DNA from: Xylographa opegraphella
Lineage: Eukaryota
Length of the DNA stretch: 64,000 nucleotides
NCBI GenBank assembly: GCA_022813865.1
Contig: JALDZX010000009.1
Coordinates: 1-64,000, forward strand
Reading direction: 5' to 3'
In this document: positions 36,239-49,197 of the stretch, one piece after another
Layout: every line of letters begins with the position of its first letter
How positions within the stretch are numbered: position 1 is the stretch's first letter
Notes under the pieces: generated by a model
The model's database searches: none
What the model saw: the letters and a program-made list of their open reading frames with translations, nothing else
What the model was told of the DNA's origin: nothing
Program-made: the position numbers and the translations under genes

Positions 36239-39200
36239 ATGTCAACATCTAACACAGATGCGGACTCCCAAAAACCAAAACAACCACGAACCACCCTACC
36301 AAACCGCGACAAGCCATTATTTACAGGGCGCCGCCCACCTCCCCGGCTGCAGCAACGCTCAGACTTCTTCACCGATAGCCTAAACACGTCTTATATTCCG
36401 AGCCCGAGTCCTCCCAAGCAAAATGCTCGTACCGGTGTTGGCGCAAAACCAAGGCAGGCAACATTGAATAGAACTTCGTTGGCCGCTGCATTCAAAGCGA
36501 CGCAAGGAAAGAAAGAGTTTGATCGGCCTTCTTCCGCGGCATCTTCTACGCGTCCAGTACGCCAGAAAGCGCAAGATCTGGCGCAAAGATCTGGCACAGA
36601 GCCCAATCCCAGGCGTGATTGTTCTGATATAAAGACTGCGAAGCCGGCGTTGAGCCGCCATGCTACCAGGACCCCTAGTCCTAGTCCAGGTAGACCGCAA
36701 GAGCTACTCCCCTCCCCTGCTTCTGAGGCTTCGGCATCCTCACCTCCTCGAGGCTTAGCAGAGGCCTACCAGCGCATACAAGACGAGGAGTTTTTAGCAG
36801 GGCGCGAGGACGACTCAGTAGACGATCCAGAGTATGAAGATGATATAGTGGGAGTTCAGCCTCGGGACAGTCACTGGCAACGGCTACACGACGTGGAGGG
36901 TCCCGAGTCACCAATTTCACCACATGAGTCTGAGGGGTATTCTCCGGATAAGGGCTTGGGAAATGGATACATGCATAACTCAGATGGTGATACCAATATG
37001 TCATTCCTAGAGAACTTAGGAGAAGACACGTTCGATCGACGTCTTACCCAGCATGATAAGGACGAGCAGCGGTTACGAAATGTTCTGGGCAGCGATCGGC
37101 AGCCGTTCAAGAAGTCACGAACTAGAGACAGAAGTGGCTTGACAGTTGATAATCTCCAACGTCAGGATGCTAGCTCAAAGTCTGGCAGCAGCTCACTTGG
37201 GTCTCCAAGTGTCAGTAGCAAGGGCTCTGACCCATCTTTAAACATACCGCAAGGATGGGGTCGTAAGGGAAGAGGCAACAACACCTGGCTCAGCAGGATA
37301 GCTGGACAAAATGGCAAATTTACGGGTGATATATCTAGCTCAAGAGATCTACAAACTCTCCCAAAACTGGAAGAAAAAGCCTCCGCAAACCCAGCTGTGG
37401 ATTGGCTTGCGGCAGCTGCTGAAGTACCTCTACCATCGATTGAAAACGATTCACTACAACCGCACAAGTCTCGAGGATCGACACCAGCATCGCTTACACG
37501 ACCATCACAAATACAACGACAAAGTTCGAGCGACCGAATACGCCGGTGGGAGTTTCTAGATGACGACTTTACCGCACGGTCTTTGCAAATATCAGATAGC
37601 CCGCCGATTCGTATGCGGAACGCTGCATTGGATGCTATACGCGAGCGGGAGATGCATAGCTTGGAAAGGAGTGCCGTGACCACAAATCGACTCGGTGAAT
37701 TGCGTGAGCAAAGGTCGTTGGAGCTGGTTCGACGACGCTCACCAAGTGCTTCAGCTGCAACTGGGCTAGACGGAGGGCAGGAAAATGATGCGGTTGTTAC
37801 TGGTCGACCGACCGAGAAAAAACCCTCGTATGGATTCCTTACAGAAGAAGAAGAATCGGCAGCTCAAAATGTGGTACCTCTTCTAGAGGACGGAAATAGC
37901 GAGCCTCTGCTGGACTCACCAGTTGTGGTTACGCGCGTCAGCCCAGACCACCCGGCCCAGCCTGCAGACATACCAAAGCCAGATGATAGTAGTCCGGCCG
38001 ATCGTCCAAGGCATGAAAGAGTTGACTCAAGAGACCTTCTAAGGAAATTGGCTCGGGCAACAAGTTCGAGCCCGAAGCAAAGTCCAATCACTTCAGTGGC
38101 AAGAGAGGCTCCGACGCGAAGCGCAGGCGTATCTGGTAATGATGTGCAAGAACCTCGTGGGGACGGTGTGTCGTCCGAAGGAGGCCCAGAGTTGTCTGAG
38201 GGAAGCCACTCTAATCATATCAAACCCGAGTCAACTAACCAGTCGTCTGCACCATCAGTTTCGGCTCCGCTAATCCAGACTACACCACAGCAGAGCAAAT
38301 CAACAGCCTACCTCAAGACACCTCTGGTCACGGGTGCTTGGATTGATACACCTCTTCCCATAGGCACACGAGGGCTTCCCATGCCAACGCCCAACGAATT
38401 CGAGGATGAAGATGAAAATCACTTTGACGTGGGTGTCGACGCTGGACTCATTAAGCGCGGGGCAGAGAGCGTAGCACAAGACCAAATATCTACTGCGAAC
38501 CTTCTGACATCACCAAAGCCATCCCTCGCCGAGACCGCTCCCCTGCTTCCAAGATCAGCACTTGCAGCCATTATTGAGAAAGCCAAGAGCAACAACAACA
38601 AAAGAGAAGAGGGTATTGAAAACGGAGATGATACTTTGATATTGGACGATTCGACTATTCAATCACTGGAAGAGCTCTTGGCCAGTGACACCGAAGCCCC
38701 TACCATCCCGGCCCCGCAACCCTCCACCAGCACCAGCCCTCCGCTTGACTCGAGCCACGATCCTCCGCACACCTCCATCGAAGACGATACTCAACCAGAG
38801 CAGGCAAGGCCCGACAGCCTACCCGAGCAAGAAGCCCGATCGTATGACCGTATCACGAAACGCCTCAGCCAAGTCGGCCTCTCCATCCGCGACGCCCGAA
38901 ACGGCATCGCCTCCCTCGAACGTGCCGTCTCCAGCGCTCCGTCGCGCCCATCCCCCGGCCCCACGCCCGCTACCGACGACTGTGTCGAAGGCGGCGAGTT
39001 CCACGACTTCATCTGGCCGTGCGCGCGCTGTGGCTGCACCGGCCGCAGCGGCTCCAGCGAGGACGCGCTCGTCGAGTGGCGGACGGTGCGCCTGCCCGTT
39101 CCGCGGCTGTGGACGTGGCGCAAGGAGGACTGGCGCCCGCGTCTGACGTGGTTGGGCGTCGCGACCGCTGTCGCCTGGGCACTGGTGGGGAGCGAGTACG

Positions 39201-39609
39201 TCGCGCAGTGAGTGGCCCCCCTCCACAGAGAGAGATAAATGCCCGTCTGGGCGTTTTGGTGGCAGCTGTGCCCGACTGACGGTGAAAAAACAGTCGGCTG
39301 TACTCGCCCCCCTTCTACGCCTCCTCGATGGACGGCTACGGCGTCGACTGCAACGCGCCCCGCCCGCCGTTCGTGCTCGCGAAGCTGCTGTGGCGCTCGC
39401 CGCTCGCGCGGCCGCTGCAGTCGCTGTACTTCGTCCTCGGCGTGCTGGTGCGGTTGCTGGCTGCGCTGTTTGGGTTCGGTGCTGGCGTTTTCGGGCACCC
39501 GGGTGAGAGCGTGGGTGAGCCGAGGCAGGCTTGGGTGTATAGGGAGGCGGAGGTGGGGAGCGTGGGCGGGTTCGATGATGGGCTTATGGGTGCGGATGAG
39601 TATTTGTGA
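36239..39609 (+). CDS. Large disordered hypothetical protein with C-terminal coiled coil, Cys motif and membrane segments
   Basis: 990-aa first exon with LKTPLVTGAWIDTP, LSIRDARNGIASLE and HDFIWPCARCGC. Intron 39208-39293. Exon 2 continues FYASSMDGYGVDCNAPRPPFVL. Confidence 0.8.
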
Positions 39610-40454
39610 GATGAGAGATGAGGGGATCGGGGGTTTGGTGGCTGGGACGTCGGTCTATGATTGGATATGGGGGGATTGGCGTGCCCGGTGGGATGCTACC
39701 ATGGTTGGGGGGGGGTGTTCTGTGTATAATGCTACGGGTGACCTCGTCTGTGGTTGGGTTTCGGATTTGACGACTACGGCATCAGCGGTACTCGGCATAG
39801 GTAGTGAGTGTCACAAGTATAGACAGTGTGAAGTCATACAAAGGGCACAATTGATCGAACGACTCGCACAGAAAGAGTGGTGCACGGTTTCAGATTGTAA
39901 CACAAAACCGCCGGCTGCAAGCAGGGAAAGGGCTGCACCTATGGCGAAGCACATGGTATTGCCATCAGAGTCTGCTCCGCGAGTGCTGTAACGATCTCCA
40001 CGATCTCCAATGAACCGATGGCCCAGCTCCCTCGATCGTCTATGCTATCCGCCGACTACATGCTTGCACTGTTTCCTGACCCCTGGTCTGGTATTGAGCA
40101 CACTCACCGAGCGCCTACGCTACTATCAGAGCCTGATAGCAGTTTTCTCGGCTGGCACGTTTCCACGCTAGATCAGCGAAGAAAACCGGGTTTGATAGAG
40201 CGTATAGAGGTAAAGCTTGCTCGATCCGCTCCGTATGACTGGTGAAGATGTCCCGCTCCTATATTGACCTGGTTACCCACAGGCTTTCAGTTACAGAGAT
40301 CACGCGAACAGCCACCACAACCGGGGAACATTTAGGTATTAAAAGCTGGTCGGAGGACCACAACCCTACAAGCCCCAGTGCGTCCCGGCGTCCCTCTACG
40401 CTTTCGATGTGTGTCATTGACGGCACGTCTATCGAACTTGCTCCGAGGTAGAGC

Positions 40455-42814
40455 TTATGGTTCCACCTGGGGATTCGTCCACGGCTTTCTTCTGTCCTTC
40501 CACAGCCGGGCAAGGGCACGACCTGCCCGTGCGGAACATCGATAAGTTCCCACGATGAGATCTAGTATTTTAAGACCAATGAACTTGGCTATGATGTCGA
40601 TTACCATGGAGCCTGAGTCGTGATTTTTGTGACCACTATGCCCTGTACGTGTGCTGGCGGTCGTGGTTGGAATCGCAGCAGGAGATGTTTTCGTAATAGT
40701 GCCTGATGTCGTAGCTTCTGCTGTGCTCTCGGTCGTGCCATTTGTCGTGTCATCGGCCGTGACTGCGGTTGTATCCGCATGGCCGCTAGAGGTCTTACCT
40801 ACAGCCGCGCCTGATTCCATGGCCGGGGTCTTGATCTCCCAGCTCAAGATCCACACCACAATTGCTGCCAGGGGTAGCCCGATAAAGCCTAGCAGATTTA
40901 CATTCGTATACCCAACGCTGTTGAACTTATACAGTCTACACAGTCGACCCCGTGCTTCGGCAGGCGTAACCTCCACGTAACCCGGCAGTTCGTGATCTTC
41001 GCCTCGGGCGATTGCCCATGCGTCATACTGGATACGCGCGAGCGACGTGGCAAAGAGCTGGCTTGCTTCGATCTCCCATTGGTTGCTAGGTAACGGTTTA
41101 GACACGGATTGACTGATACTCTCCTGTGCCAGCAGAGCGTTTCCGAGACGCCACTTGATGGCCTCGTAAGTGTTGGAATTCTCCAGAGACCATTTCATGA
41201 ACCAGTATGCGGGCATGTCCGGGACACCCTGAGGCAAATGTGCGGTCATATTCCAGCAAGTTTGGCCATTTGGCGAGCAGAGTTCGGTGCTGTCCGCGCA
41301 GGCGAGAACACGAGCTCGTGGGTCAGAATTATAGTAATACGGCTTGGTTTCTTCCGGGAAATAGCGTGGTTCCGTGGCAGGGAATATAGGATCAAAGCTT
41401 GCCTCTTCATGGTAGATATGGTTCGAGACGACGAAGATGATGGTGAGCGTATTATTGCTAGAAGGCTTTAGATCTTGCAAGGGTTTCCAGTAGTCGCTAT
41501 CAGGGTAGAAAGACGAAAAGTAAGTGCTACCAGCCATTAGACCTGGATGAGCGAGTGGAGAGTATTAGTAAACAGAACTTACTTGGCGGAGTAAGTGGGG
41601 ACAAGCCAATCGAACGGAATCCCAGACGTTTGAAACGTAGAGTTCGAACTATCTTTACATCCGTAGTAATAGCGGTAAGTAGTGTTTTCCGATCCTTGAG
41701 AGCCATTCTCCTGAACATAGGGTTCGCTCATGTTCAAAGGGGAGCAGCTAGACCTTCGGCGGAACTTATATAGGATCGGAGAGTTTATACCAATAATACC
41801 GGCGTCAATGTAGCCTGTATCAAAGGTGACTGCAGAATAAAGACCATTTGCACACAGCGCTTGGGACGTGAAAGGACAAAGCTGTTGGGTTCTGGTCTCA
41901 AAGTCGATGCTGCGATTGTAGAAAAAGCCGCAACCTACGGGATCAGTAGGTTCTGGGAGACTATAGCACTGTCGGGCGTATTGACTTGCTCGAGCTTCCT
42001 TGCCGTGATTACGGAGATCGTTGCGATAGCCGGTTTCATCACCTACATTGTAGTCGACCTCCCATATGCCACACTGTTTTGATGAGGATAATGCAGCTCT
42101 GTCGGATGCGATTTGGGCAGAAAAAATACCTGCTATGGTCTGTGCTACAAAAAGGCCAAAGATAGCAGTTATAAGCACGACGACAAAAGCCTTTTCGGAT
42201 AACCTGGTACCCTTGTGCCGTAAAAACCGGATGAACTGCTCGACTGCTTCACTGCTGTCACTAGAACGTTTTAGAATACCTACAGGGCTCTCAGCATTGG
42301 GTACAGGCTGCAGCTGTCCCCCAGAGGGTCTGCTATGTTCGGCATCGCGAGAAGATAGTTCCATCTGGGAAGAATTTGTTGTTTGAGTCGCTGTAGCGCT
42401 AGGAGAAGTCTTTGGTTTTGCCAAATCAGTGTTCGACTCTGGTTGCTGAAGTGTCTCATAGTCGTTCGCATACTCTGGAGATAGTAATGGCCGAGCTTCG
42501 GAAGGATATAGTTGAGATGCACTGTGATCGTTGGATTGTTTCCATTTCATTTTAAGCCAATCGAGGCCATGTATTGGCCAACGCAAAACGCTTATGATGA
42601 TCCGGAATACATAAGGATTCGTGAGGGTTAGGCAGACAGCAACGAAAGCTGACATCCATTGTGCCCAATAATCTGTGGCTAGAATTTGCCATTCTATGAA
42701 TTCCAAGGCTTTAGCAGGTACACTCTGTTCAGTAGTAGCATTGTGTTTACGGTTCCAGAATCCCAAACTGTAGTCCGTCCAAATGCCTGAGCTTGCATCG
42801 CTTGACGATGACAT
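40455..42814 (-). CDS. Hypothetical multi-pass membrane protein with large Cys-containing lumenal domain
   Basis: GIWTDYS, ASQYARQCY, CPF..LC, FDTGYIDA..GINSP, RRRSSCSPL, LPSNQWEIE and GYTNVNLLG. Introns ~42693-42749 and 41528-41584. Confidence 0.8.
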
Positions 42815-45360
42815 TACCCCGGAGTGCCATGGACCTCATGGCCCAAAGATGCTCAAATTTCGATTGTTTCCATTCAGTCGGGAAGGCCTCGCAGAGAGCT
42901 GAAGTTGCTGTGGAAATATTGGAACGGGTTCGAAGCCAGAACCTCATATCGTACTAAATACCTCCTTGGCTGGAAACTGGGGTGTGAGGCTGTTTCGGAC
43001 CAATCAAGCACGATGTGGCGCTTATCTCTCCGCTCTCTGATAATTTTGGACAGCCTGAAAACATTATGTCGGTCAGCTTTCTCATCCATCCAACATTATT
43101 CTCTCGAGACGCCATGTACTGCATTTACTTCGAGTATAGCTCTTCTGGAGGCACTACAATACCCCGATCACTGCAAAACGACCCCGACTTCCAGCGTCAT
43201 GAGGCCGAGCGGCGTCGCCTAGAAGGACGAGGCCAGGACCGTTTAGGCCAAGAAAATTGCAGTGTGTGCCCACATCTTACACTCCATCTTGCAAAAGGAA
43301 CCCAACCCAAAAGAATTCGGTGATACATCACGGGATCGGGACATCGAGGTGTGCGGAAAACTGGTAGTTCACCATCCACTGTCCGCCGATATCGCTAGCA
43401 GCTGGACCTGGAATTCTGAGCGCAAACCAGGATTACTTGGTCCCAGAATGCCAGCGAGGGAAAGTCGTACATTTCTGTCGAAGTCGATTGAAGTCTAGGG
43501 GAATGTTTATTATAGCGACGAGAATGGACACACGATGGAAGCCTTAAAGCAGCACGTCCCGCCGCGATGATCAGCCACGGGCCTAATCGATTCCACATGG
43601 CCTCGGCCGTCGCTCGTACTACCCTCAACTAGATACACGACGTCTTGCGGCGAATTTAATCCAGCTCATTAGGGGAGTGCTTTCATGATAGTACAAGACT
43701 TCGACGACAGCACGAGAAACCGGAAGTATATGCCATCTCATCCAGTCAGAGGCGGGTGTGCTTTGTTCACAACTGGATTCTACTACCTGCGTCATAGAGT
43801 CTCGATAGAAGGCGCATCAAAGAATAACGACATGCACATCTGATGGTTCGAGACCAGATGCAAAGGGAAGGGAGGTGTTTCAATGCGTACACTACGACGA
43901 ACGAAGACAGTTTCGAAGTCAGGAAGCTGAAACTTCTATTGTCTTTCAATAGTAGACCATTCACTATAACCTCCGCTCATTGTCACAAAAGGGACTGCGG
44001 AATCACCATCCCGTTGCACCTATCTTCGCGTGACTCCACCATCAAAATCTCGAAAGATCGAGCTTATAAGTTTGTGGATGTCCTGTTGGATCGTGGGCAC
44101 GATAATTGCGTCAGGCGGTTTACGACCAATACCAATGTCTGTCTACCGCTTACAGGATTCTTTGAAGTTTACATCCTCGGGACCAATCGGTGAGGCCGCA
44201 GGCGGACGTTATCACAGCCTTGAGCTCTTGCATACCCGGTGCTATAGTCATGTTGACAGGGAAGCGAAAGGGGTTGGTTTGCCTTGCACTGCTCGAGACT
44301 TCTGGACAGAGATGAGAACACCCCATGGTACTCCTTGTGACATCATAACCTTGATTTATCCTTCTACCATCGCTCTTCAAAAGCCGGGTATCTCACGCAT
44401 TGAGGCGAGTGTCTATAATGTTCCTATACCTTGCTCCTCGGGTCTAGCGCTTCCCTATATGTTGCAAAACTTCTCGTAGGCATATGTTTTAAAGTCATAG
44501 CGGGCCGAGGACCTGCTTCCCCGAAACCTCGACGTCGAGAGGGCTAATGATCGAGAAGATGCAAGGCAATGTAATTGACTGCTGAACCAAAGCACACAGC
44601 ACTCAAGCTCAAAAGGGTCTAGCCCACTCACGTGGTCGACGCGACACGCGCCTCGCGACTCCACGACGTCCGATGACGATACCACTCACGCCTAACCGCA
44701 TTATCACCAAAACGCCACCGACGCACAGCACCACCAGCGGGCGCAGCAAATGCACGGTGCAGCAGATCCAGTCCGTGGGCCTTATCTGCACTCAAGCAGA
44801 GCCAAGGGCAAGGCACCACCGTCGGAACTCTTGACGTTGTCCTTCCTCCCCCTGACTATCGAAGAAGACTACGGGCGTAGCGGTGCATCAGATCTCGGCA
44901 ATCTCCAGCGCGCCGATCCCCCTAATTCTGCTCCGCGCCATAGCACACTTCCTCCACCACATCCATGACGAAAGGCAGATGCACTTTCCCATGGCATCTT
45001 CCCTGCACCCAACCATTTGCTCCCCGTACCACCGTCCATCTTGTCCCTGTTCGTCAGGAGCAGTTGAGGGGCGCGGACCTGATTCACGACGGAATTGACT
45101 TCCACCCGACGGCAGCATGTGAACGCTAACTTTAGCCATCTGCGAGCTCGGGGGGAATGACATCAATACCGTCTGCTAGTCGTCACAGGAGGGCGGGGGT
45201 GGGGGACTGATGTCAGAGCGACGACGTGAATAAGAAGAGCTTGACGGCTTGCGATTATCACAAACTTCAATCCAATTCCCAATCCATCATCCCAAATACC
45301 ACTCACTCAATTCGAACAACAAGCCAAACCCACCGTCCGCTTATCCACACTCACACAATC

Positions 45361-45801
45361 ATGTCTTCCGCCGACGACCAGTACGAGCAGTCCAACGACG
45401 CCGTCACCAGCGGTGTCCCCGCCGGCGACGCCAAGGATAACGACTACGTAAGCCGCACCGGACAGTCCACCATCCCCGTCCAGAAGGATGAGGCTCCTGT
45501 CGAAGACCCCATCGACCCTGCGACAGCCGACTCGGACGAGACACTCGGTGAGGCACCTTTGTTCTTCTCCCATCCTTACGTCGACCCCTTCTCTTAAGCG
45601 CTCTGTCCAGCCTGTCTCCGTCACCGAAGCAATCCCTCGTTCACTGGCTAATATATCCCAGCCCATGACGACGCCGACGCCATCGACCAGAGCAATATCG
45701 TAGGCAGCCGCACCCGCGGCGCCAAACCAAGCGGCGGCTACGCCGAGCCCGGCGACGAGGAAGGCCTCCCTGCCAACGATGGCACATCCTCCGTCGCATA
45801 A
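45361..45801 (+). CDS. Small acidic CHZ-domain-like protein
   Basis: DNDYVSRTGQSTIPVQKDEAPVEDP..ADSDETL|AHDDADAIDQSNIVGSRTRGAKP..YAEPGDEEGLP. Intron 45548-45661. Confidence 0.85.
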
Positions 45802-47344
45802 GCGTGCCATTCAAAGATTCTCCCTCTTTTCGGAAGTGAAATGGAGACAATGTGTGACGGTGTTGACTGCTATGACGGAGTGACGGGGGGATTTTGTTTA
45901 CTACCACCACATGTAAATATTGACAACCCTGGGAGTTTTGAAAAGTTGCAAATACAGGTCTCGGAACGGGAATAATGTGCACAATGTGCAGTATTCCTAT
46001 CATACCATGTCTCAATCACGCACTGTAGTTATGATACGCCATGTCTGAGACGTAGGTCACCACCCACTGTTTTCCGTTCTATTGAATTCCTGAGTTAATT
46101 TCGTGCTGCCACGCATAACCCCTATTTCCGCACAACATCTGCACTGCCTCCTACTATTCCCAACAACATAATATAGCACCACAATCCAAAGCTAAGCTCA
46201 AGCTATTTGGGTATTCAGACGCTCTATCGTCCATTCGCACCATAACCACAACGCCCCTTTTCACCAGATAAAATATCCACCTCCGTTCCACACCATGACC
46301 GACCTTGTAGACTATGTGCAGATTGCTACTCAGGTAGGCAGGCCGGTAATCACATTTACACACGCATCAAGAATACCCACCCCACCCATCAGCCGAGGTT
46401 GAAATTCATTCTCAGATACGATCTACGAGAGGCCCTAACCCGGAAACCCCATAGCCTCAAACCACGAAAGCTCACATACCCAAAGAAGCGGGGTCTTCAC
46501 TGCGCAGCGATGGGACTACATGACCTCTAGTCTTGACCCATCTGCCATCCATCAAGTGCAGCCAGAAGCCCACACATAAGCCACACGGACTTTGCCAACG
46601 AGATTTTCACACGTCACAAACATCACACATATTCACCAATTGGACGATGCACACAAGCAATGAGGTGGCCAAAATGATCCATATCTACCAACGTCTCCAA
46701 CTACCCGCCTTCGAATGCCACGCACCTCACACACACAGGGAGCATGGGGGCGCCAGCATACCGCCGGCCAAGCATTGCATCGCCACACAGCAATTATCTC
46801 AGCGTCCACGAATCCAAGCTCCACCATTTCCCCCGATTTGGCCTGGAAGACCATGACAAAAGAAAAGTTGTTCCGACACGTCTTCCCCTCCGCGGAGGGT
46901 ACTGGAGCTAGACCGCCCACGCACGCTGAGAGAAAAGTTTCACGAACATGAGAGAACGGAGCGCAGGAAAATCGTGATTCCTTCCCTACCCTCGTGGAAG
47001 GGAGGAGAGAAGCCGCAGAGAGAGAGCGGAGGTTTGAAAATGACAAAAGACGCCAGTGTATTAAAGTCGTGGGAACAGGAGGGCGCGCTGCGCCGTAAGT
47101 GGTGCAGGCGTCATGTTTCCAATTCCCGCAACAGGGGTGGCCAACCTCGAGAAACGGGAAGAAGGGGAGTTTCTGAGCGCAGTACGATGTAAAGCAAGGA
47201 AAAGCTCGCCGGCTTCCGGGGGTGCTCCCTTTGGTTGCAGGGTGTTCATTCTGGTTGAGGAGAGATGTTGCCCAGGAGGTGGTTTGTCAATTTAGTTCCG
47301 AGGTCTGAAGGCTCCAGATACAACAGATATATCAAGGCATCGGC

Positions 47345-48311
47345 TTAGATGGTCTTGGGCGAACGGTTGTTCGTCATGTCCACGATATCGTCGATGTGGT
47401 TTGACATGGCTGTAAAAAGATCGAAAAACAATTTGCTGCCGCCGATCTCCATCTCGTTCTGCATGGTTCCACTTCGCTTGAAAATCTTACGAGATCGGAT
47501 AATTAGTGCCAAAAAGTGCGCTCGCAATTTGGCATCCTGGTCCGGAGTGTGTTCATATGCATACCGTGCCGTCCGAAGGATGACATCGACCGAGATTCCT
47601 ATCTGCAGTCCCTGTTTCCGAAGAGCCAGGCGCTTCAACTCGTCTAGGCCGAACCTATACAGTCATCAGCTACAATATCTTCGAACGATACAGAAAGCGC
47701 ACTTGTCGGCAGTGCAGTAGATGACAGAGTCTTTGAGCAAGACTCCACCCACTCCATTGTGGTAGACTGTAGACTCTACGGATCCACGGCCAAAACCATC
47801 CGAGGCGTCCTCCAACTGCCAGGTGTTGCGCCGCTTGTCATGGAGGAGTCGTGGATAGTAGTCCCCTTTATAGAGGTATTCGAGGACGGAGGAGAAAACT
47901 TCGGGTTCTCTAAGGCAGTGTACAACTTTAGCACCGTCCATAAGGAGGATCACGATCAACATACTCGTCTGGCAGTGCTACCTTCTTCGAGCTACTCTCA
48001 TAGAACTGGCCCTTGAGCGCAGCTGCGAAGAAGGGAGACAGAGACAGAACATCCTCATGGCATGCAAATAGCCTTGCTTCGCAGCCCACCACCAATGTGA
48101 CGATGGGGCTTGTCAAGGTACTGTGATGACACTAACATCAGCCTTCCGCCATATGCCATCGTCTTCCTTCAGTATACTCGACTCACCTTCCAATCGGCGG
48201 ACTTTCCATCTTTTGCTGCATCTTCAACTTGACATCCTCACGATACGACCTCTTGCTCGCCTTGACTGCTTTGCCCGCGCGATCCCTCGAATGGAAAGAT
48301 CGTTTGAACAT
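47345..48311 (-). CDS. Conserved BTB/POZ domain protein
   Basis: TLTSPIVTLVVGCEARLFACHEDVLSLSPFF, LPDE|EPEVFSSVLEYLYKGDYYP, IYCTADK|FGLDELKRLALRKQG. Three canonical introns. Confidence 0.9.
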
Positions 48312-49197
48312 CGTAGCAATGCTTGCGCTTGTCTGAGACCGAATGTGAGAAAATGGGAATTATGTCGAAACGGCTGAAGAACCCAGGGTAACGGTTACAA
48401 AAGAGCGTAAGGGGGTTGAACTTGACTATTGACGCTGCTCGCGCACGTTATTGGAGCACTGGAAGTCCTCCAGGACGACCTCCACTCGTCCTCAGTCGAG
48501 AAAGCCCGAAGGCACTCGACAGAAGACTCGACAGAGGAATCCTGAAAAGACTCTACCCTCGAGAACCTGATGAACAGATGCTCGTGGTGGTGATTTCGGC
48601 CCTTGGGAAGCGTGGAGGAGGAAAGAAAGCGAAGAGCGTCGAAGTCCCATGAATAGTCCCGCATGGCTAGTGCACGTGACTCATCCGCGACCGAACATGG
48701 CGTGGTGAGTGTGGGACGATTGGCGCTGTTGAACGGTGGCTTTTTTCCAGACTCTGCGATTCGACAATCGGTATGCAAGAGCAAGGCATGCATGTTTGCC
48801 TTTGCCTCGTAAGCTGCAGCCTGAACGTGCCTGGTGTTGACATAAACAATGCAAGGGTATTGTGCAAGCCTAGCGCCTTCCGATAAGCTTATCTGAAGCC
48901 CTAACAAGGCTTATTCCAAACGGAAGTGTCCCTTCACTACTACGTTCTTGGGCCATCCATAACAAATAGTTCACAATTTGGTATATGTCTCGACCAAACG
49001 GGATGATAAAGTGGTCGTCTACTGCATATTTGAAGAACCAATGCTGGACATTCGATCATGATATTCAGCTAAGAATGAAAAGCTCCAGCATTGCAAATTG
49101 CAGCACATCTCATGCCCGCCACTTTATTACTAAGAGTTCCATTCTGATGACAAACGAAGCCATTGCGATCAATTCCAAGACTGGTCATCAGCTACCC

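Noticed and set aside
43836..43860. GGTTCGAGACC resembling a tRNA T-arm
   Set aside because: No D-arm, anticodon arm or acceptor stem nearby.
42900..44480. Short overlapping ORFs, possibly a decayed gene
   Set aside because: No recognisable motif or consistent exon structure on either strand.
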